Below are positions 61,975 to 64,000 of a stretch of 64,000 nucleotides of DNA, piece after piece; within the stretch, counting starts at the first letter, position 1, and the number at the start of each line of letters is the position of its first letter. Source of the stretch: Bacillota bacterium (GTDB lineage: Bacteria; Bacillota; Bacilli; Paenibacillales; JBEGSW01); contig JBEGSW010000032.1 of NCBI GenBank assembly GCA_041179705.1, positions 70,446 through 134,445 of the forward strand. Direction: 5' to 3'. Position numbers and translations under genes: made by a program. The notes under the pieces are model-generated. The model saw nothing but the letters and a program-made list of their open reading frames with translations, ran no database searches and was not told the DNA's origin.

Positions 61975-62922
61975 TTAACCCAAAATTTCTTCGATGCGAG
62001 TGAGTAAATCCGCTGGTAATACAATCCCCGAGGCTTTCGCATTTTCAATTACTTGTTCAGGACGACTCGCTCCAACTAATGCACTAGCTACGTTATCCTG
62101 GCGAAGGATCCAAGCAATGGCCATATGAGATAATTTCATGTCTGCTTCTTTGGCCAATGCATCTAGTCTTTCTACTTTGGTAAGTACTTCTTCGTTCATG
62201 AATTGCCCGATAAACATATTTGCCCTGGGATCTTTCGCACGACTGTCAGCCGGGAGATTTCCTTTACTACTATACTTACCAGTCAACACGCCTTGCGCTA
62301 ATGGCGAAAAGACAACTTGTGAAATCCCATTTCGCTGACTTACTGGAATGATTTCTGACTCAATCTTGCGCTTCAACATGCTATATTCTGGTTGATTGAC
62401 GACAATACGATCCAATAAATATTTATCAGAAGTTCCAATTGCTTCTTGGATTTGCGCCGCTGTCCACTCACTTACGCCAACATACATTACTTTTCCTTGA
62501 CGAACGAGGTCTTCGATAGTGCGTAATGTCTCATCAATCGGAGTATTTGGATCATAACGATGACAATAATAAAGATCTACGTAGTCATGTTTTAATCGCT
62601 TTAAACTCGCATGCGCCTGTTCAAAAATGTGTTTACGTGATAAACCCCGGTCATTCGGTCCATCACCCATCGGCCAAAACACCTTTGTTGCCAAAACATA
62701 AGACTCACGGGGATATTTCAGCAAAGCTTCACCAACGACTTCTTCCGATGTCCCACGTGCATACACATTCGCCGTATCGAAGAAGTTAATACCTAAATCA
62801 TATGCCGTATCAATACTCTTGATTGCCGTGTCTTTCTCTGTCACATCACCATAAGTTAACCAACTACCTAGACTTATTTCACTTACCATTAAACCCGTAC
62901 GACCTAGTTTACGATATTGCAC
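61975..62922 (-). CDS. Aldo/keto reductase
   Basis: The translation is AKR family (FFDTANVY, catalytic Tyr/Lys/His context). GTG start is preceded by GGGGGGGA. Confidence 0.85.
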   Translation of the reverse strand: MQYRKLGRTGLMVSEISLGSWLTYGDVTEKDTAIKSIDTAYDLGINFFDTANVYARGTSEEVVGEALLKYPRESYVLATKVFWPMGDGPNDRGLSRKHIFEQAHASLKRLKHDYVDLYYCHRYDPNTPIDETLRTIEDLVRQGKVMYVGVSEWTAAQIQEAIGTSDKYLLDRIVVNQPEYSMLKRKIESEIIPVSQRNGISQVVFSPLAQGVLTGKYSSKGNLPADSRAKDPRANMFIGQFMNEEVLTKVERLDALAKEADMKLSHMAIAWILRQDNVASALVGASRPEQVIENAKASGIVLPADLLTRIEEILG

Positions 62923-62945
62923 GTTATGTCCCCCCTAAATGAAGA

Positions 62946-62984
62946 AATAAAAACAAACCTCCAGGCCAATCGACCTAGAGGTTT
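62946..62984 (-). terminator. Terminator after the PfkB kinase gene
   Basis: The hairpin AAACCTC.../...GAGGTTT is followed by GTTTTTATTT on the minus strand. Confidence 0.65.
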
Positions 62985-62989
62985 CTAAA

Positions 62990-63949
62990 TTATTTAATAA
63001 AAGCGTCAACAGCAGCAACCTCAGGGATTGCAGGCATACCACCACGGTTTGTTGTTGTTAATGCTGCCATTGCATTCGCATAACGAATGATTGGCAACAA
63101 CTCATCGAACGACAATTCAGCAATCGATTTCGATGCAGTTAATAATTGTGCCAAGATTGCTCCAAAGAAGCTATCCCCTGCACCTGTCGTATCGATGGCA
63201 GAAACTTTAAAGCTTGGTACGTGAGCCGTCTGATTTCCTTTACGCACGACACAACCTTCAGCGCCTAACGTAACGAACAACAATGGCGTGTTATATTTCT
63301 CAACTAAAACAGCGCTTCCTTGCTCGATATCTGTAAAGCCTGTTAAGAATTCCAACTCTTCTTCTGAAACTTTCACCACGTCAGCGTACTCAAATCCCTT
63401 GAGAATCATTTCTTTCGCACGACCCAAGTCATCCCAAAGTAATGGACGAAGATTCGGATCATAAGTCACGATCTTACCAAGTTCTTTGGCTAAGTTCACA
63501 ACATGGAACGTCGCATCAGAAGCTGGGGATGCCGTTAAAGAAACTGAACCAAAGTGTACTAAACGTGCGGATTCAATTAAACTATTCGGAATCTCTTCGA
63601 TTGATAACGACTCATCTGCATTGCCTTTACGATAGAAACCAAAACTACGTTCGCCATTCTCAGCTAAATTAACAAAAGCTAACGTTGTTGGGTTCGAAGA
63701 TTTCACAACGCCTGCAGGATCAATATTATAATCAATCAAATATTGCGTTAAAAATTGTCCGAAGAAATCATCGCCTACTTTCGCAATTAGCGCTGTCTTT
63801 AGTCCAAATTTGGACATCGCAGCAAGTACGTTAGCTGGCGCCCCACCTGGGTTAGCTTCATAGACAGGTTTATCTGAACCTGTATTTTTCATTGGAGTAA
63901 AATCAATTAACATTTCACCGATTGCAACTGCATCACGCATTGTATTCAT
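62990..63949 (-). CDS. PfkB-family sugar kinase (fructokinase-like)
   Basis: It has the ribokinase/PfkB signatures (GGAPANV near the N-terminus, DTTGAGDSF near the C-terminus). Confidence 0.8.
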   Translation of the reverse strand: MNTMRDAVAIGEMLIDFTPMKNTGSDKPVYEANPGGAPANVLAAMSKFGLKTALIAKVGDDFFGQFLTQYLIDYNIDPAGVVKSSNPTTLAFVNLAENGERSFGFYRKGNADESLSIEEIPNSLIESARLVHFGSVSLTASPASDATFHVVNLAKELGKIVTYDPNLRPLLWDDLGRAKEMILKGFEYADVVKVSEEELEFLTGFTDIEQGSAVLVEKYNTPLLFVTLGAEGCVVRKGNQTAHVPSFKVSAIDTTGAGDSFFGAILAQLLTASKSIAELSFDELLPIIRYANAMAALTTTNRGGMPAIPEVAAVDAFIK

Positions 63950-64000
63950 CCCTTCAAAATAGGTCTATAAACATTTCTCTCATTGTATCGTAGTCTAAAA

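Overview
This window is 64 kb of core chromosome from an endospore-forming Firmicute. Gene order follows Bacillales synteny and parallels the B. subtilis blocks spmA-dacB / scpAB / rib / ppiB-lysA-spoVA-sigF-spoIIA-dacF / deoB-punA / fur-spoIIM / bkd / spo0A-spoIVB-recN-argR / dxs / ispA-xseBA-folD-nusB / accBC-spoIIIA / efp-pepP-aroQ-yqhRQO. I call about 77 protein genes, and all but three are on the minus strand. They are tightly packed, with many ATGA or TAATG stop/start overlaps. I saw no rRNA, tRNA, CRISPR array, transposase, integrase or phage genes. Two structured RNAs stand out. One is a textbook FMN riboswitch with terminator ahead of ribD. The other is a roughly 630 nt gap with no minus-strand ORF and visibly higher G+C, lying between ispA and a four-helix membrane protein gene that precedes dxs. 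I interpret that gap as an OLE (ornate, large, extremophilic) RNA with its oapA partner gene. OLE is a known RNA class but is usually left unannotated, and it is the most interesting element here. Secondary observations are listed below.
- A zinc locus (znuA / zur-yidD-metG-znuCB-ccdA) carries a near-perfect Zur box and has a Zn-knuckle MetRS embedded in it.
- The aspartokinase gene has an internal strong RBS plus ATG at codon 246, suggesting a nested beta subunit, and it has no leader.
- An uncharacterised membrane-anchored 138-aa protein is inserted between tlyA and argR.
- The spoVA operon is reduced to AA-AB-AF.
- Four exact 0A boxes lie upstream of spo0A.
All calls rest on reading the ORF translations, hand translation and motif recognition. 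No database search or RNA covariance search was possible.
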